From a virus, in IMG/VR virus record IMGVR_UViG_3300021256_000005: 64,000 nucleotides of DNA. One strand, 5' to 3'. The first letter of the stretch is position 1. Each line of letters opens with the position of its first letter. This document shows, piece after piece, positions 18,441 to 28,036 of this stretch. Made by a program: the position numbers and the translations under genes. The notes beneath the pieces are model-generated. The model ran no database searches. It was not told the DNA's origin and worked only from the letters and a program-made list of their open reading frames with translations.

Positions 18441-18454
18441 AAAAGGAGAAAACT

Positions 18455-19030
18455 ATGTTAAAATTTAATCAGATTTCAAACGGCTTTATTGACAAGACAG
18501 CAAAGGAAAACAAGGCGGGCATTACCCGCATAATTAACTACGGCGTATCCCTCGTTGATCACGCCGAGAAACTTCTGTCTTTGCAGGAAGAAAAGAAGGA
18601 AGCAGAAAACAATCTGAATTCTGCTTCTGAAAAGTTAGACGGCACAATCTCCATTGACGAACGTGCCGCAACTCTGTTATCGTATCGGCTGAAAGTTAAC
18701 GCAGTCAGTGAGAAGATTAAAGCAGAAAACAAAAGTTTTCGCTCGAAATCAAAGGTATTCACCGATGCCTTCAAGACGTCTGAATTATATCAGGCGTACA
18801 AAGAGTTTGACGGAACTGGAAACAGTTACCTTGATGCCATGTCAACGTTTCTTGATTTAGTCGGTATTGTACCGACTAAAAAAACTGTCAAAAAACTTTG
18901 CCGTCTTGCTGGTGGCTCAGTAACTACTGGCAATAAAGAAATAATAAATTGCCAATTCACAAAACGCCTGTCTAAAAAGGCGTTTGAAACTTTAATCATT
19001 AGATTGCTGTGTGAAGAGTTCGCACAATAA
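18455..19030 (+). CDS. hypothetical protein (coiled-coil-like)
   Basis: 191 aa, strong RBS aaaaaggagaaaactATG, first gene of the plus arm. Confidence 0.7.
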   Translation: MLKFNQISNGFIDKTAKENKAGITRIINYGVSLVDHAEKLLSLQEEKKEAENNLNSASEKLDGTISIDERAATLLSYRLKVNAVSEKIKAENKSFRSKSKVFTDAFKTSELYQAYKEFDGTGNSYLDAMSTFLDLVGIVPTKKTVKKLCRLAGGSVTTGNKEIINCQFTKRLSKKAFETLIIRLLCEEFAQ

Positions 19031-19046
19031 TTAGAAGGAGGAAATT

Positions 19047-19232
19047 ATGAGTTGGTTTGATGCAACAAAAAATTATCACGGGTATACAAAAGAAGAGTTC
19101 TATTCGGTATTCACCGATGAAGAACTCAATAGGAAATATGCCGAACTGGTTGAACATTATGATTCAATCAGGCAGGCTGACGCAGGGATACTATATGATA
19201 TTCTCTGTGAACTATCAATAAAAATAAAATAG
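19047..19232 (+). CDS. hypothetical protein
   Basis: 61 aa, RBS gaaggagg, followed by a terminator. Confidence 0.6.
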   Translation: MSWFDATKNYHGYTKEEFYSVFTDEELNRKYAELVEHYDSIRQADAGILYDILCELSIKIK

Positions 19233-19256
19233 GGCGCAAGCCCTATTTCTTTTTTA
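19230..19256 (+). terminator. rho-independent terminator
   Basis: tagggc-gcaa-gcccta (GNRA loop) followed by tttctttttt. Confidence 0.7.
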
Positions 19257-19324
19257 TTATTATATATACATGTGTCACGTTTAATGGGTTCCCATAAAAA
19301 CGTGGCAGAACAGAAAGGGACACG

Positions 19325-19600
19325 ATGAAAAAGAAAATAATCATTTTAGCTGTAGCATTCGGCATGGCTTTAATCATTGGTGGTCACTCTGACTATGAAA
19401 CCACTAGAGCAGAAAAAGATGTCTTTTCTACTTATTCCACCGTTGAAAATATCAACGGTCAAACATGCGTAAATGTCAAAGGTGATTACTTCGCTTTTGA
19501 TGATGATTCAATCAAAGAAAACAACTACGTGAGTGTTACAGTTGATACTCACGGTTCAGACAATAAGCATGACTGGACACTTGTCCGAGTGTGCAAGTAA
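19325..19600 (+). CDS. hypothetical secreted/membrane-anchored protein
   Basis: 91 aa with an N-terminal hydrophobic segment KKKIIILAVAFGMALIIGG. Confidence 0.6.
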   Translation: MKKKIIILAVAFGMALIIGGHSDYETTRAEKDVFSTYSTVENINGQTCVNVKGDYFAFDDDSIKENNYVSVTVDTHGSDNKHDWTLVRVCK

Positions 19601-19635
19601 CCAATAAGATATAGATAAATATAAAGGAGCAAACT

Positions 19636-19977
19636 ATGGAAATAATTAACTTAACCCCTCATGCAATCAACATTATTACAAATAAAACCACTATCACTAT
19701 TGAACCGAGTGGCACAGTCGCACGTGTCACGGCTAAAACTGTTCAGGTGGGAACGATGAACTGTGTGGATTGTGATGGTGTTAATATCCCTGTTACTACA
19801 ACCGTCTTTGGGGAGATTGAAAATCTTCCCGAAGAAAAACCAGAGACAATTTATATTGTATCGGCTATAGTTGCGAAATGTTGTACAAATCGGTTCGATG
19901 TATTTGTTCCTAATGGATCTGTTAGGGATGATAATGGGCGGATCATCGGATGCAAGTCACTCAGTAGAATTTATTAA
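19636..19977 (+). CDS. hypothetical protein
   Basis: 113 aa, RBS aaaggag. Confidence 0.6.
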   Translation: MEIINLTPHAINIITNKTTITIEPSGTVARVTAKTVQVGTMNCVDCDGVNIPVTTTVFGEIENLPEEKPETIYIVSAIVAKCCTNRFDVFVPNGSVRDDNGRIIGCKSLSRIY

Positions 19978-19994
19978 GAAGGGAGAAAGAAATT

Positions 19995-20351
19995 ATGAGC
20001 ATGAAAACTACCAGAAAAGCAGTCGTTAATAACTACCCGAATATCAGGTCAGCAGACTACTGTGATTTACAGGCATTACTGCGCAATCATAACCCCCTTT
20101 GCCATACAGAAGGCATTTACGGGTGGAACTTTGACGTATACAGCGTATACGGTCTGACAATCTGCACAGGATACCGTAACATGCCGGGAAAACGTTTAGA
20201 AGGCATTGGAACCTATGAGAAAAAAGCCGCCGCAATATGGTCAGATTATGATAATTATAAAGGTGTTGGCGGATTCGAAAAACAGCAGTCAGAAGTAGAA
20301 GAACTCTTAAAAGAGTTTTGCAAGTTGAATGGAGGGAACAATTATGAATAA
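19995..20351 (+). CDS. hypothetical protein
   Basis: 118 aa, RBS aagggag. Confidence 0.6.
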   Translation: MSMKTTRKAVVNNYPNIRSADYCDLQALLRNHNPLCHTEGIYGWNFDVYSVYGLTICTGYRNMPGKRLEGIGTYEKKAAAIWSDYDNYKGVGGFEKQQSEVEELLKEFCKLNGGNNYE

Positions 20352-20637
20352 ATATAAATTTACAAGTAAGGGACGCACATTTACACGTGTAAGTAAGACA
20401 GCCGCAAAAAAGGCATTTATAAATGGTTTTACTATTGCGTTATGTCCTTCTAATTTACGCCCGGGTGCGCCATGGCACCCGGAAACAATTACAAACAGAG
20501 AAATAATTGGCGCAGAAAATCCGGCTACGGGTTTTGACGTATTATTAAGTTCGTTCGAATACTTTAATTGCACGAACACAGAAACAGGAAGATATGCGGA
20601 GTTCTTTATCGAAAGCGAGAATAACGAAGGAGAGTAA
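20344..20637 (+). CDS. hypothetical protein
   Basis: Start moved to the ATG at 20344, which is preceded by ggaggg (track start is 20329). Confidence 0.55.
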   Translation: MNKYKFTSKGRTFTRVSKTAAKKAFINGFTIALCPSNLRPGAPWHPETITNREIIGAENPATGFDVLLSSFEYFNCTNTETGRYAEFFIESENNEGE

Positions 20638-20639
20638 CT

Positions 20640-21188
20640 ATGACAAAATCTAGCATCACCAAATTCATCAACTTTTTTAAGAAGGAAAATAATTTAATTC
20701 TGGAACGTCATAATGAAACCATTCTTATTTCTGAGGGTCATGCAATTTATGAAATAGATTCATATATTTATGACACATATTTCAGTATTAAAAGTCCTAG
20801 ATTTCAATTTCCAGAACTGGAAAATCATGTGTGTTACATGGCAAACAGGAAGAATGAAATTCCTAGTCCTACAGGGAGCAATAAGTTGAAAGATATATAT
20901 GAAAAAGCTAAACACTCAGCCACAAAATCAGTGGAATTAACGAAGTGGGTAATTAAAGATGATGCAGATTTGATGCGACTATATAAAGGCGATGAATTTG
21001 TTGTTTCGTGCAATGAAAAGTTCGTTGAACTGGCGTCATATCTTAGTGTGGACGTTCACATGGCATTAGGCAGTGATTACAAATCACCAGTAGTATTTAA
21101 TACATGCATGGTTTTACCAATGCTGATTAAAGATTCTGAAGTGTGGAATCAGCTGGCAGAAATCATGAAGGTTAAAACTACACACTGA
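20640..21188 (+). CDS. hypothetical protein, paralog of 38478-39083
   Basis: 182 aa. Shares ...ERH(N/D)ET(I/V)(L/F)(I/V)S(E/D)(G/S)HAIY(E/K)I...SPRF...SP(V/I)VF(N/D)(T/N)C with the later ORF. Confidence 0.7.
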   Translation: MTKSSITKFINFFKKENNLILERHNETILISEGHAIYEIDSYIYDTYFSIKSPRFQFPELENHVCYMANRKNEIPSPTGSNKLKDIYEKAKHSATKSVELTKWVIKDDADLMRLYKGDEFVVSCNEKFVELASYLSVDVHMALGSDYKSPVVFNTCMVLPMLIKDSEVWNQLAEIMKVKTTH

Positions 21189-21204
21189 AAACAATTCGGG
21201 TCTG

Positions 21205-21292
21205 GAAAGAATTTCAAATTAGGTACTGATTTTTGAAAGCAGTGAAAACTGAATGCCGAAAAGAATTTGAAAATAGGTACTAGTTTCAAAGG
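21205..21292 (+). promoter_or_regulatory. twin ~35-nt hairpin repeats abutting the RBS of the next gene
   Basis: Copy 1: tttcaaa-N13-tttgaaa (21212-21238). Copy 2: tttgaaa-N11-tttcaaa (21266-21290). Both loops contain taggtact, and the stem arms are swapped between copies. Confidence 0.5.
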
Positions 21293-21303
21293 AGGAAACT
21301 ATA

Positions 21304-23019
21304 ATGAGCTTAAAAAATGACGTAATCGAAGTATTAGATAATGAGAAATATATCTATTACAATGATGCAGTGTCAAGAATTATTAACGCTTATGAACCAA
21401 ATAAACATGAGGTAGTTGACATTTTACGCCGTCATCCTGACTGGAACGAGGATAATATGTCAATCTGTATCCCCGCAACATCGTATACACGAAAGTTCAA
21501 TAGTAATGCAATTTCCACGTTTGTAGATTACCTGATAGGCAGTATTTATTTCTCTGAGGAATTTCAGAATAATCTGGTAACATACTGTGCCGTGATGAAT
21601 TATCAGTTACTCTCCAAATCTTTAGGAATAATATATTGTAGTGAAGTCATGCGTAAATGGTGGTTTGAAGAAAATGAACCATTGGTTAATGAGGATGGTG
21701 CCCTTCTATACACACGGAATAAAGTTAGTACAGGAAAATATAATACTATTTTTCATGTATGCCCGAAAATAACGAAGGTGTTATCTTTCATTAGTTCGCT
21801 TAATACAGTTTTTTTCAATGCTGATATGGACGACGAATTAAATGAACTTAACGCCGATTTCCCGGCGTTCCATCTGCGAAACAACATGAAAACGTCAAAG
21901 GCAATCGGCAAAATTTGTAGAGAAATGGGTTGGGATAAATTTCCCAAATATAATGAAAAGTATGCGGCACTGTGTGACGAGATTAACCCATTAACAGTGC
22001 ATACGCCTACATATATCAGTGTTCACCCTTGTGATTATTTATATATGTCAGATGGACATTCATGGACTAGCTGTCATGATATTCGAAACGCTGATGATCC
22101 GGGATGCTACAGTTCTGGCACTATCAGTTATATGTTAGATCATTATAGTTTCATCGTATACACACTGCCAGAAGTAGTAACCGAAAAACCGTGGAATCAG
22201 CCGAAACTGCAAAGGGAAGTGTTTGCTCTGAAAGACGGTGTTATATTACAGAGCAGATTATATCCGCAGAGCTGTGATAACGGTTCAGGGGATGCTTATA
22301 GGGAAATCCGCAACGTTGTACAGAAGGTAATTGCGGATTGTCTTGGGCAGCCTAATCTGTGGCAGACAAAACATTACCCGAATGTAGAACAGTACATCGT
22401 CCATGGTGACGGTGCTACCTGCTATCCAGATTGGAAAGACGGAAATCCTGGATCTACATATTGTTCCCTGACGTTCTTAAAGGGAATTGATCTCACCCAT
22501 TTCTCAATGGAAATCGGTGCAACACCTGTATGTCCAAACTGCGGAATGGAACATTGTCGTGAAGACAGTATTATCTGCGAAGATTGTGGAAACATTATCA
22601 CCTGTGCAGATTGTGGCTGTGAGATGGACAGAGACTGCGCTTACATGATTGATGATGAATATTATTGTGAAGGTTGTGTCTTTTGGTGTGAATACCACGA
22701 GGATTACGAACTAATTTCTAATGGTGTAACAGAAGTTGACGGATACGGTCAGGTTTGTGATCGAGCGTTAGAATATGGAGATTTTTACCAATGTGAATAT
22801 TGCGGGGAATGGAAGTACGTAGAGGATATAATCCGCACAGAAGATGGTTGTTATTACTGTTGTGAAGAATGTGCAATTAGAGATGGTTATAGGGAAACCA
22901 CCGATGGATGGTATCTTGAACGTAAAACAGTAAAATGTCCACATTGCGGACGTTACAATTTAGAAGAAGACGATCAGTGCTATTGGTGCGGTAAATTTGT
23001 TGCGGGGGTGGCATCATGA
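21304..23019 (+). CDS. hypothetical protein with a C-terminal multi-CxxC (zinc-ribbon-rich) region
   Basis: 571 aa with many CxxC pairs in the last ~170 aa. Confidence 0.7.
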   Translation: MSLKNDVIEVLDNEKYIYYNDAVSRIINAYEPNKHEVVDILRRHPDWNEDNMSICIPATSYTRKFNSNAISTFVDYLIGSIYFSEEFQNNLVTYCAVMNYQLLSKSLGIIYCSEVMRKWWFEENEPLVNEDGALLYTRNKVSTGKYNTIFHVCPKITKVLSFISSLNTVFFNADMDDELNELNADFPAFHLRNNMKTSKAIGKICREMGWDKFPKYNEKYAALCDEINPLTVHTPTYISVHPCDYLYMSDGHSWTSCHDIRNADDPGCYSSGTISYMLDHYSFIVYTLPEVVTEKPWNQPKLQREVFALKDGVILQSRLYPQSCDNGSGDAYREIRNVVQKVIADCLGQPNLWQTKHYPNVEQYIVHGDGATCYPDWKDGNPGSTYCSLTFLKGIDLTHFSMEIGATPVCPNCGMEHCREDSIICEDCGNIITCADCGCEMDRDCAYMIDDEYYCEGCVFWCEYHEDYELISNGVTEVDGYGQVCDRALEYGDFYQCEYCGEWKYVEDIIRTEDGCYYCCEECAIRDGYRETTDGWYLERKTVKCPHCGRYNLEEDDQCYWCGKFVAGVAS

Positions 23020-23870
23020 ATTTTATACAGATATTGAAAAAAAGTCAGGCAGACCTGAAATCAGAACTGGAAAGTAATTTAAGATCCTATGGATACAAAG
23101 TCACTAATGGAAACGGTTATCTGTATAAAGACGGTACATTTCCTGTATTACTGGTGGCACATATGGATACTGTCCACAAAGAGAAACCTTTGCAAATCAT
23201 CAAACACGGAAACGTATGGTCATCCCCGCAGGGCATTGGTGGAGATGATAGATGTGGCATATATATGATTCTGAAAATTATAGAAAAATATGATTGCGCC
23301 GTGTTGTTTACGGAAGATGAAGAAATCGGCTGTATTGGCGCAAGCAAATTTGTAACATCAGACCTATGTAAATCATTAAAAGGAAAGTTCAATTACATCA
23401 TCGAACTGGACAGACACGGGAAAAATGATGCGGTGTTCTATGAGTGTGCCAATGATGATTTTGAAACATTTATAACAGAAAGGTACTGGGAAACAAAGCA
23501 GGGCAGTTATAGTGATATCTGCGAGATTGCTCCTGCACTTGGCGTGGCGGCTGTTAATTTAAGCTGTGGATATCACAGCGAACATCAAACAACGGAAACT
23601 GTGAATGTAGCGGAAATGAATCGCAACATAAAAGAAGTCTGTAATTTGTTATCCCGCACGAAAGACACTGTATATGAATATGTCAGCTTCTGTAATAGCT
23701 ATTGGTGGGATGGTCAAACAGAATACGAAATTATATATAATAACTATTATGAGGTGGAGTATATTCTTGCAGAAAGTAAAGCAGAAGCAATTGGTATTTT
23801 TTGTATGAACCATCCACAGGTATCGTATAGTGAAATCGACAGTGTAAAGGATGATATGTTGTTTTGGTAA
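23016..23870 (+). CDS. M20/M28/M42-like metallopeptidase-fold protein
   Basis: VAHMDTVH, GGDDRCG, EDEEIGCIGA, GYHSEH. ATGA overlap with the upstream gene. Confidence 0.5.
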   Translation: MNFIQILKKSQADLKSELESNLRSYGYKVTNGNGYLYKDGTFPVLLVAHMDTVHKEKPLQIIKHGNVWSSPQGIGGDDRCGIYMILKIIEKYDCAVLFTEDEEIGCIGASKFVTSDLCKSLKGKFNYIIELDRHGKNDAVFYECANDDFETFITERYWETKQGSYSDICEIAPALGVAAVNLSCGYHSEHQTTETVNVAEMNRNIKEVCNLLSRTKDTVYEYVSFCNSYWWDGQTEYEIIYNNYYEVEYILAESKAEAIGIFCMNHPQVSYSEIDSVKDDMLFW

Positions 23871-23903
23871 GATCGAGAGTTGACGCAAAAAGAAAGGAGA
23901 TAT

Positions 23904-24077
23904 ATGGATAACGTAGTAGCTGTAGGAAATGATAACAAGGTACTGTTCATAGATAGTGCCGCCAATGAATACGCAGTTTTTATGATTGAGAACGGCGTAG
24001 AACACCAGAAAACAAGATGGACAACTTTAGAAAAAACTCGAAAGAGTTTTGATAAAATTGTAGAAAACGAACTGTAA
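23904..24077 (+). CDS. hypothetical protein
   Basis: 57 aa from the ATG at 23904, preceded by aaaggaga (track start is 23880). Confidence 0.5.
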   Translation: MDNVVAVGNDNKVLFIDSAANEYAVFMIENGVEHQKTRWTTLEKTRKSFDKIVENEL

Positions 24078-24102
24078 ATTTAAGAAGAAAAGGAGAAAAA
24101 TT

Positions 24103-25263
24103 ATGTTAACATTTGAAAGAAATTACACTGACAAAACTGCAAAGAGCATCGCTAAAATGATTAACGGAAACCGCACAGAAATGACGTTTGATAACTGCGT
24201 TCAGCGGAACTATGTGTGGAAAATTGAACAGCAGTCAATGTTAATTGATTCAATTTTACGTGGGTATCCTGTGCCAGACATTTACGCAAACCGCACAGAA
24301 GCTCATACAGAAAAAGGCACAAAATACTATGTCTATGATGTGTTGGATGGTCAGCAGAGATTAACTACAATTGCTCGATTCGTGGCAGGCAAATTCGCAT
24401 TGAAAGGACTGCCTGAGTTCGAGGATGAAGAAGGCAACAGTGTTGATCTGAATGATTGCTACTATGACGATCTTGACGAGAATTACAAAGAGGTACTGAA
24501 CAACTTTACATTCCGCATCCAGTATTATGACAACATGGATGATGAATCGGTTGCTGAGATTTTCCGTAGGCTGAATAACGGGAAGTCGTTAACCAACATT
24601 GAAAAGATTCGTGTTTATGCGAAATCGTTTGATACGATTCGAGAATTAGCAAATCACCCGATTTTCAATATTGGCGAGATGATGACCGAAGCATCCCGCA
24701 GAGGTTATCACAATGAAGATATGGTGATTAAATTATTCATGATTCTTCATGACGACACTAATCTTGACGCAAAACACGTGAAAGAAGTTCTTGCTAATGC
24801 TGAGTTTACTGAACAGGATGTTACGCAGATCAAAACAATTTTAGATTATGCACGGAAGATTCATGACACAATTTTAGCCGATGATACAGATTTGAAATTA
24901 AATAAGAAAATCGCTAAACGGATGTATGGCAAGGTGCATTTTGTATCACTTATTCCGCTGTTCATGGAGACGATTGAAAATGGAATGCCTGATAGTTCTG
25001 TAGTTGAATTTTTACAGGTGTTCTACGGTAGCAAAACAGCTTCTATTAGCACTCGTTACAATGGATGCAGTCATAGCGGAAGTAACCATAAATCTTCCGT
25101 GGATACCCGCATTGCTGAGGTAAAAAAGGCGTGGGAAGAATTTGAGCCAATGAAAGTAAAAGAGGACTCCGAAGTAGGTACTGAGTCTGTAGAGGACGTA
25201 GAACAGGAAGAAATCTCTGATTCTATAGTGGACGATCTTCTTGCCGATTTAGCAAACGAGTAA
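24103..25263 (+). CDS. DUF262 (ParB-like nuclease / GmrSD N-terminal domain) protein with an acidic tail
   Basis: VQRNYVW...LIDSILRGYPVP and DGQQRLTTI motifs. No DUF1524/HNH half. The C-terminal 40 aa are strongly acidic. Confidence 0.75.
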   Translation: MLTFERNYTDKTAKSIAKMINGNRTEMTFDNCVQRNYVWKIEQQSMLIDSILRGYPVPDIYANRTEAHTEKGTKYYVYDVLDGQQRLTTIARFVAGKFALKGLPEFEDEEGNSVDLNDCYYDDLDENYKEVLNNFTFRIQYYDNMDDESVAEIFRRLNNGKSLTNIEKIRVYAKSFDTIRELANHPIFNIGEMMTEASRRGYHNEDMVIKLFMILHDDTNLDAKHVKEVLANAEFTEQDVTQIKTILDYARKIHDTILADDTDLKLNKKIAKRMYGKVHFVSLIPLFMETIENGMPDSSVVEFLQVFYGSKTASISTRYNGCSHSGSNHKSSVDTRIAEVKKAWEEFEPMKVKEDSEVGTESVEDVEQEEISDSIVDDLLADLANE

Positions 25264-25276
25264 TAAATTTATACCA

Positions 25277-25300
25277 TGCGCCGAATACAGATTCGGCGTA
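25277..25300 (+). terminator. strong hairpin (possible terminator, no U-tract)
   Basis: t-g-cgccgaat/attcggcg-t-a (8 Watson-Crick bp plus an outer G-T and T-A pair) with loop acag, between the DUF262 and ArdC genes. Confidence 0.35.
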
Positions 25301-25355
25301 TGAATAAGGTTATTACCTTGCAACTTACTAAACTATAATAAGAAGGAGAAAAACT

Positions 25356-26243
25356 ATGGCAAATGTGTATGAAATTGTAACAAACAACATTATCGAGGAA
25401 ATGAAAAAAGGAATCATCCCTTGGAAAAAGCCGTGGACAAATGAAATCTATGTTGACGCAAATGGCAACCGCAGACCGTTTGGAGCCTACAATAGAATTA
25501 CGAGACAGCCATACCACGGGATTAACCGTTTGTTATTACCGCTCGAAGGTGAGTATGCAACATTCAAACAGTGGCAGAAATTAGGTGGCAAAATTAAAAG
25601 AGGTGAACATGGACACATGGTAGTTTATTACAAAATCATGTCACCGATGAAAGACGATACAGAAGAAGAAGCAGAAATTAAAAAAGGATTCCCACTGTTA
25701 AGATATTACACTGTATTCCATGTATCACAGGTAGAAGGCGTTGAGCCTGTAAAGTGGCGCAAATTATCTGTGCAGGAAGAAACATTGAGCGGTGACGAGG
25801 TGGAAGAAAACGCAGATAAGGTACTGAATGATTATTATAAGCGTGAAGCCATTACAGTAACTGAGATCAATGGAGATAGAGCATTTTACAGACCCATGAC
25901 AGATTCGATTTGTTTGCCTGAAAAATCTCAGTTCAAAGAGTTGAGTGAATATTACAGCACGAAAATTCATGAAACTGTGCATAGTACAGGACATACAAAA
26001 AGGCTAAATAGGTTTGAACCTGGCGGATTTGGTAGTGAATCGTATAGCAAAGAAGAATTGGTTGCAGAAATTGGTTCTGCTATTTTGATGAACATATTAG
26101 GAATTGATACAGAATCCACATTCAAAAATTCAGTTGCTTATTTACAGAGTTGGATTTCTGTATTGCAGAATAATCCGAAGTGGATTGTACAGGCGAGTAG
26201 CAAAGCAGAAAAAGCAATTAAGCTGATTACAGGGGAGGAATAA
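25356..26243 (+). CDS. ardC: ArdC-like antirestriction protein (ssDNA-binding N-domain plus HExxH metalloprotease)
   Basis: GIIPWKKPW...YHGINRLLL...FKQWQKLGGKIKRGEHG, then YYSTKIHETVHSTGHTKRLNR. Confidence 0.8.
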   Translation: MANVYEIVTNNIIEEMKKGIIPWKKPWTNEIYVDANGNRRPFGAYNRITRQPYHGINRLLLPLEGEYATFKQWQKLGGKIKRGEHGHMVVYYKIMSPMKDDTEEEAEIKKGFPLLRYYTVFHVSQVEGVEPVKWRKLSVQEETLSGDEVEENADKVLNDYYKREAITVTEINGDRAFYRPMTDSICLPEKSQFKELSEYYSTKIHETVHSTGHTKRLNRFEPGGFGSESYSKEELVAEIGSAILMNILGIDTESTFKNSVAYLQSWISVLQNNPKWIVQASSKAEKAIKLITGEE

Positions 26244-26246
26244 AAA

Positions 26247-26519
26247 ATGGTAGAATTTACAATGGAAGATTGCAGAACCAGCAAACAGAAAGCAAGGGAA
26301 TATGACTGGCGCATTGATTATGTTTTAGCAGACAAAATGTTTCACTCAGATGATGACACAGATATAAATTGCGCCGTGGCAATTATCACGTTAGGGATTG
26401 AAATTTATCTGAGAAAAAATACAGTCTATATCATGTCAAATCCCGCTAGTAACGTAAATAATTTTCCGTATATTGATTATGTTTGTGAAACATTAACATA
26501 TAATAAATTGTGCAAATAG
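26247..26519 (+). CDS. hypothetical protein
   Basis: 90 aa, RBS ggggagg. Confidence 0.55.
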   Translation: MVEFTMEDCRTSKQKAREYDWRIDYVLADKMFHSDDDTDINCAVAIITLGIEIYLRKNTVYIMSNPASNVNNFPYIDYVCETLTYNKLCK

Positions 26520-26531
26520 GAAGGTGTTATT

Positions 26532-26747
26532 ATGAAAAAACGTGCAAAACAGGTACAGATAATGATTGACAGCGCAAATGATTATTTAATGATGAATCAT
26601 GTTAGAAGCGTATATGAAGATTTTGCTTGTGTATTTATGGATTGTCTAATAAAAGCAGGTGTGTATAATGGATTTAACATGTACACAAAAGATGGCAAGT
26701 TGAGCTGTGGAGATGAATCAACAACGGATTACATTCAGTTTTATTAA
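26532..26747 (+). CDS. hypothetical protein
   Basis: 71 aa, RBS aggaaggtg. Confidence 0.55.
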   Translation: MKKRAKQVQIMIDSANDYLMMNHVRSVYEDFACVFMDCLIKAGVYNGFNMYTKDGKLSCGDESTTDYIQFY

Positions 26748-26760
26748 AGGAGTAATAACT

Positions 26761-27537
26761 ATGAGAAAAGGTTTAATATATGAAATTGATAACTATTTAG
26801 CGGAAAATAATTTAGGTGAACTTGAATATATCGTAAAAAATACAAACTCTGATTATATCTACGGAGTTGTAGCGTGGAAAAATGGCGAATATCGTTGTTG
26901 GACACATTATAATACGGAGCTACATTCAATGAATTGTGGACATTATGGAATAGAAGTAGATGAATGTTTCGAAGTATTTGATAACGTATACGGGAAAAAT
27001 GCATGGAAAATAATTTGTATATATGGTGTTAGACCATTTGGGGTTGACGAAAACGTAATCAAACATGAGATTGAAAAAATTTGTGGAAATTATAAACATT
27101 GTGGAGTACATCATGATGCATTTCTTTCAATTACAGAGAATAGGATATATGATTCATTTAATAAATTATGCGAACCAACGTTGTGTGAAATTAGTTCTAT
27201 ATTAAATGGACACATGAAGAATTTATTAAATAAATATTCTGTGAGTGGAAATGCGTTTGTTTTGAAACAGGCAAACAGAGGGGAAATTGTGAAAGATGTT
27301 TCTATTGCAGTCATTATGAACAATTATGTGTTGCGAAAGATTGAAAATTTAATAGGAGAATTTTATTTGTTACCGTCTTCTCGATTTGAGTGGATTGTTA
27401 TTCCATACGATCATGAAATTCCTATGAATGATTTAATGGATATGGCACATAATGTGGACAATGAAGTAGTAGAAGATGATTATATATTATCGTATCAAGT
27501 GTTACGGTGTAGTAACGGACGGCTGACACCTGTGTAA
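26761..27537 (+). CDS. hypothetical protein
   Basis: Start moved to the ATG at 26761, preceded by aaaggag (track start is 26707). Confidence 0.6.
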   Translation: MRKGLIYEIDNYLAENNLGELEYIVKNTNSDYIYGVVAWKNGEYRCWTHYNTELHSMNCGHYGIEVDECFEVFDNVYGKNAWKIICIYGVRPFGVDENVIKHEIEKICGNYKHCGVHHDAFLSITENRIYDSFNKLCEPTLCEISSILNGHMKNLLNKYSVSGNAFVLKQANRGEIVKDVSIAVIMNNYVLRKIENLIGEFYLLPSSRFEWIVIPYDHEIPMNDLMDMAHNVDNEVVEDDYILSYQVLRCSNGRLTPV

Positions 27538-27652
27538 TAGGAAGAATTTTGGCGAAAGCATTGTTATTAAATGGTGATTCAATTATTATAGTACATATAT
27601 GTAATTATTGAAAGCAAACAATATCGTTCGATTAGATTAGGAGATATAGAAG

Positions 27653-27997
27653 ATGTGTAAATATAATTATTTCAGAACAATAAAAGAAGCGAGAGAATAT
27701 ACGGGATTGACTCAGGCTCAATTTGCTGAATTAACTGGGTTATCAGTTAGGAGAATACGAGGATTTGAGCAAGAGACTCGGAACGCTGAAAGTTTAATAT
27801 TCGATCATGTTCAGTTGTGTGCGTGGCAATATAAACATCGTGTTGTTGTACTTAAAGATCCTTATCAAGAAGCATTGATTTCCATATATGAAAAGACAAA
27901 TGAACAGCCAATGTATATTGGGTGTGAAACAGCGGAAGAATTATTTAATGAGTTACAGTATTATTTTGATCATAACTACAAAATTGAATTTCATTAA
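27653..27997 (+). CDS. XRE-type helix-turn-helix protein
   Basis: IKEAREYTGLTQAQFAELTGLSVRRIRGFEQ. Confidence 0.65.
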   Translation: MCKYNYFRTIKEAREYTGLTQAQFAELTGLSVRRIRGFEQETRNAESLIFDHVQLCAWQYKHRVVVLKDPYQEALISIYEKTNEQPMYIGCETAEELFNELQYYFDHNYKIEFH

Positions 27998-28036
27998 GGT
28001 ATGTTTTATACTGAAAACAAAAAAGGAGATAAAGAA

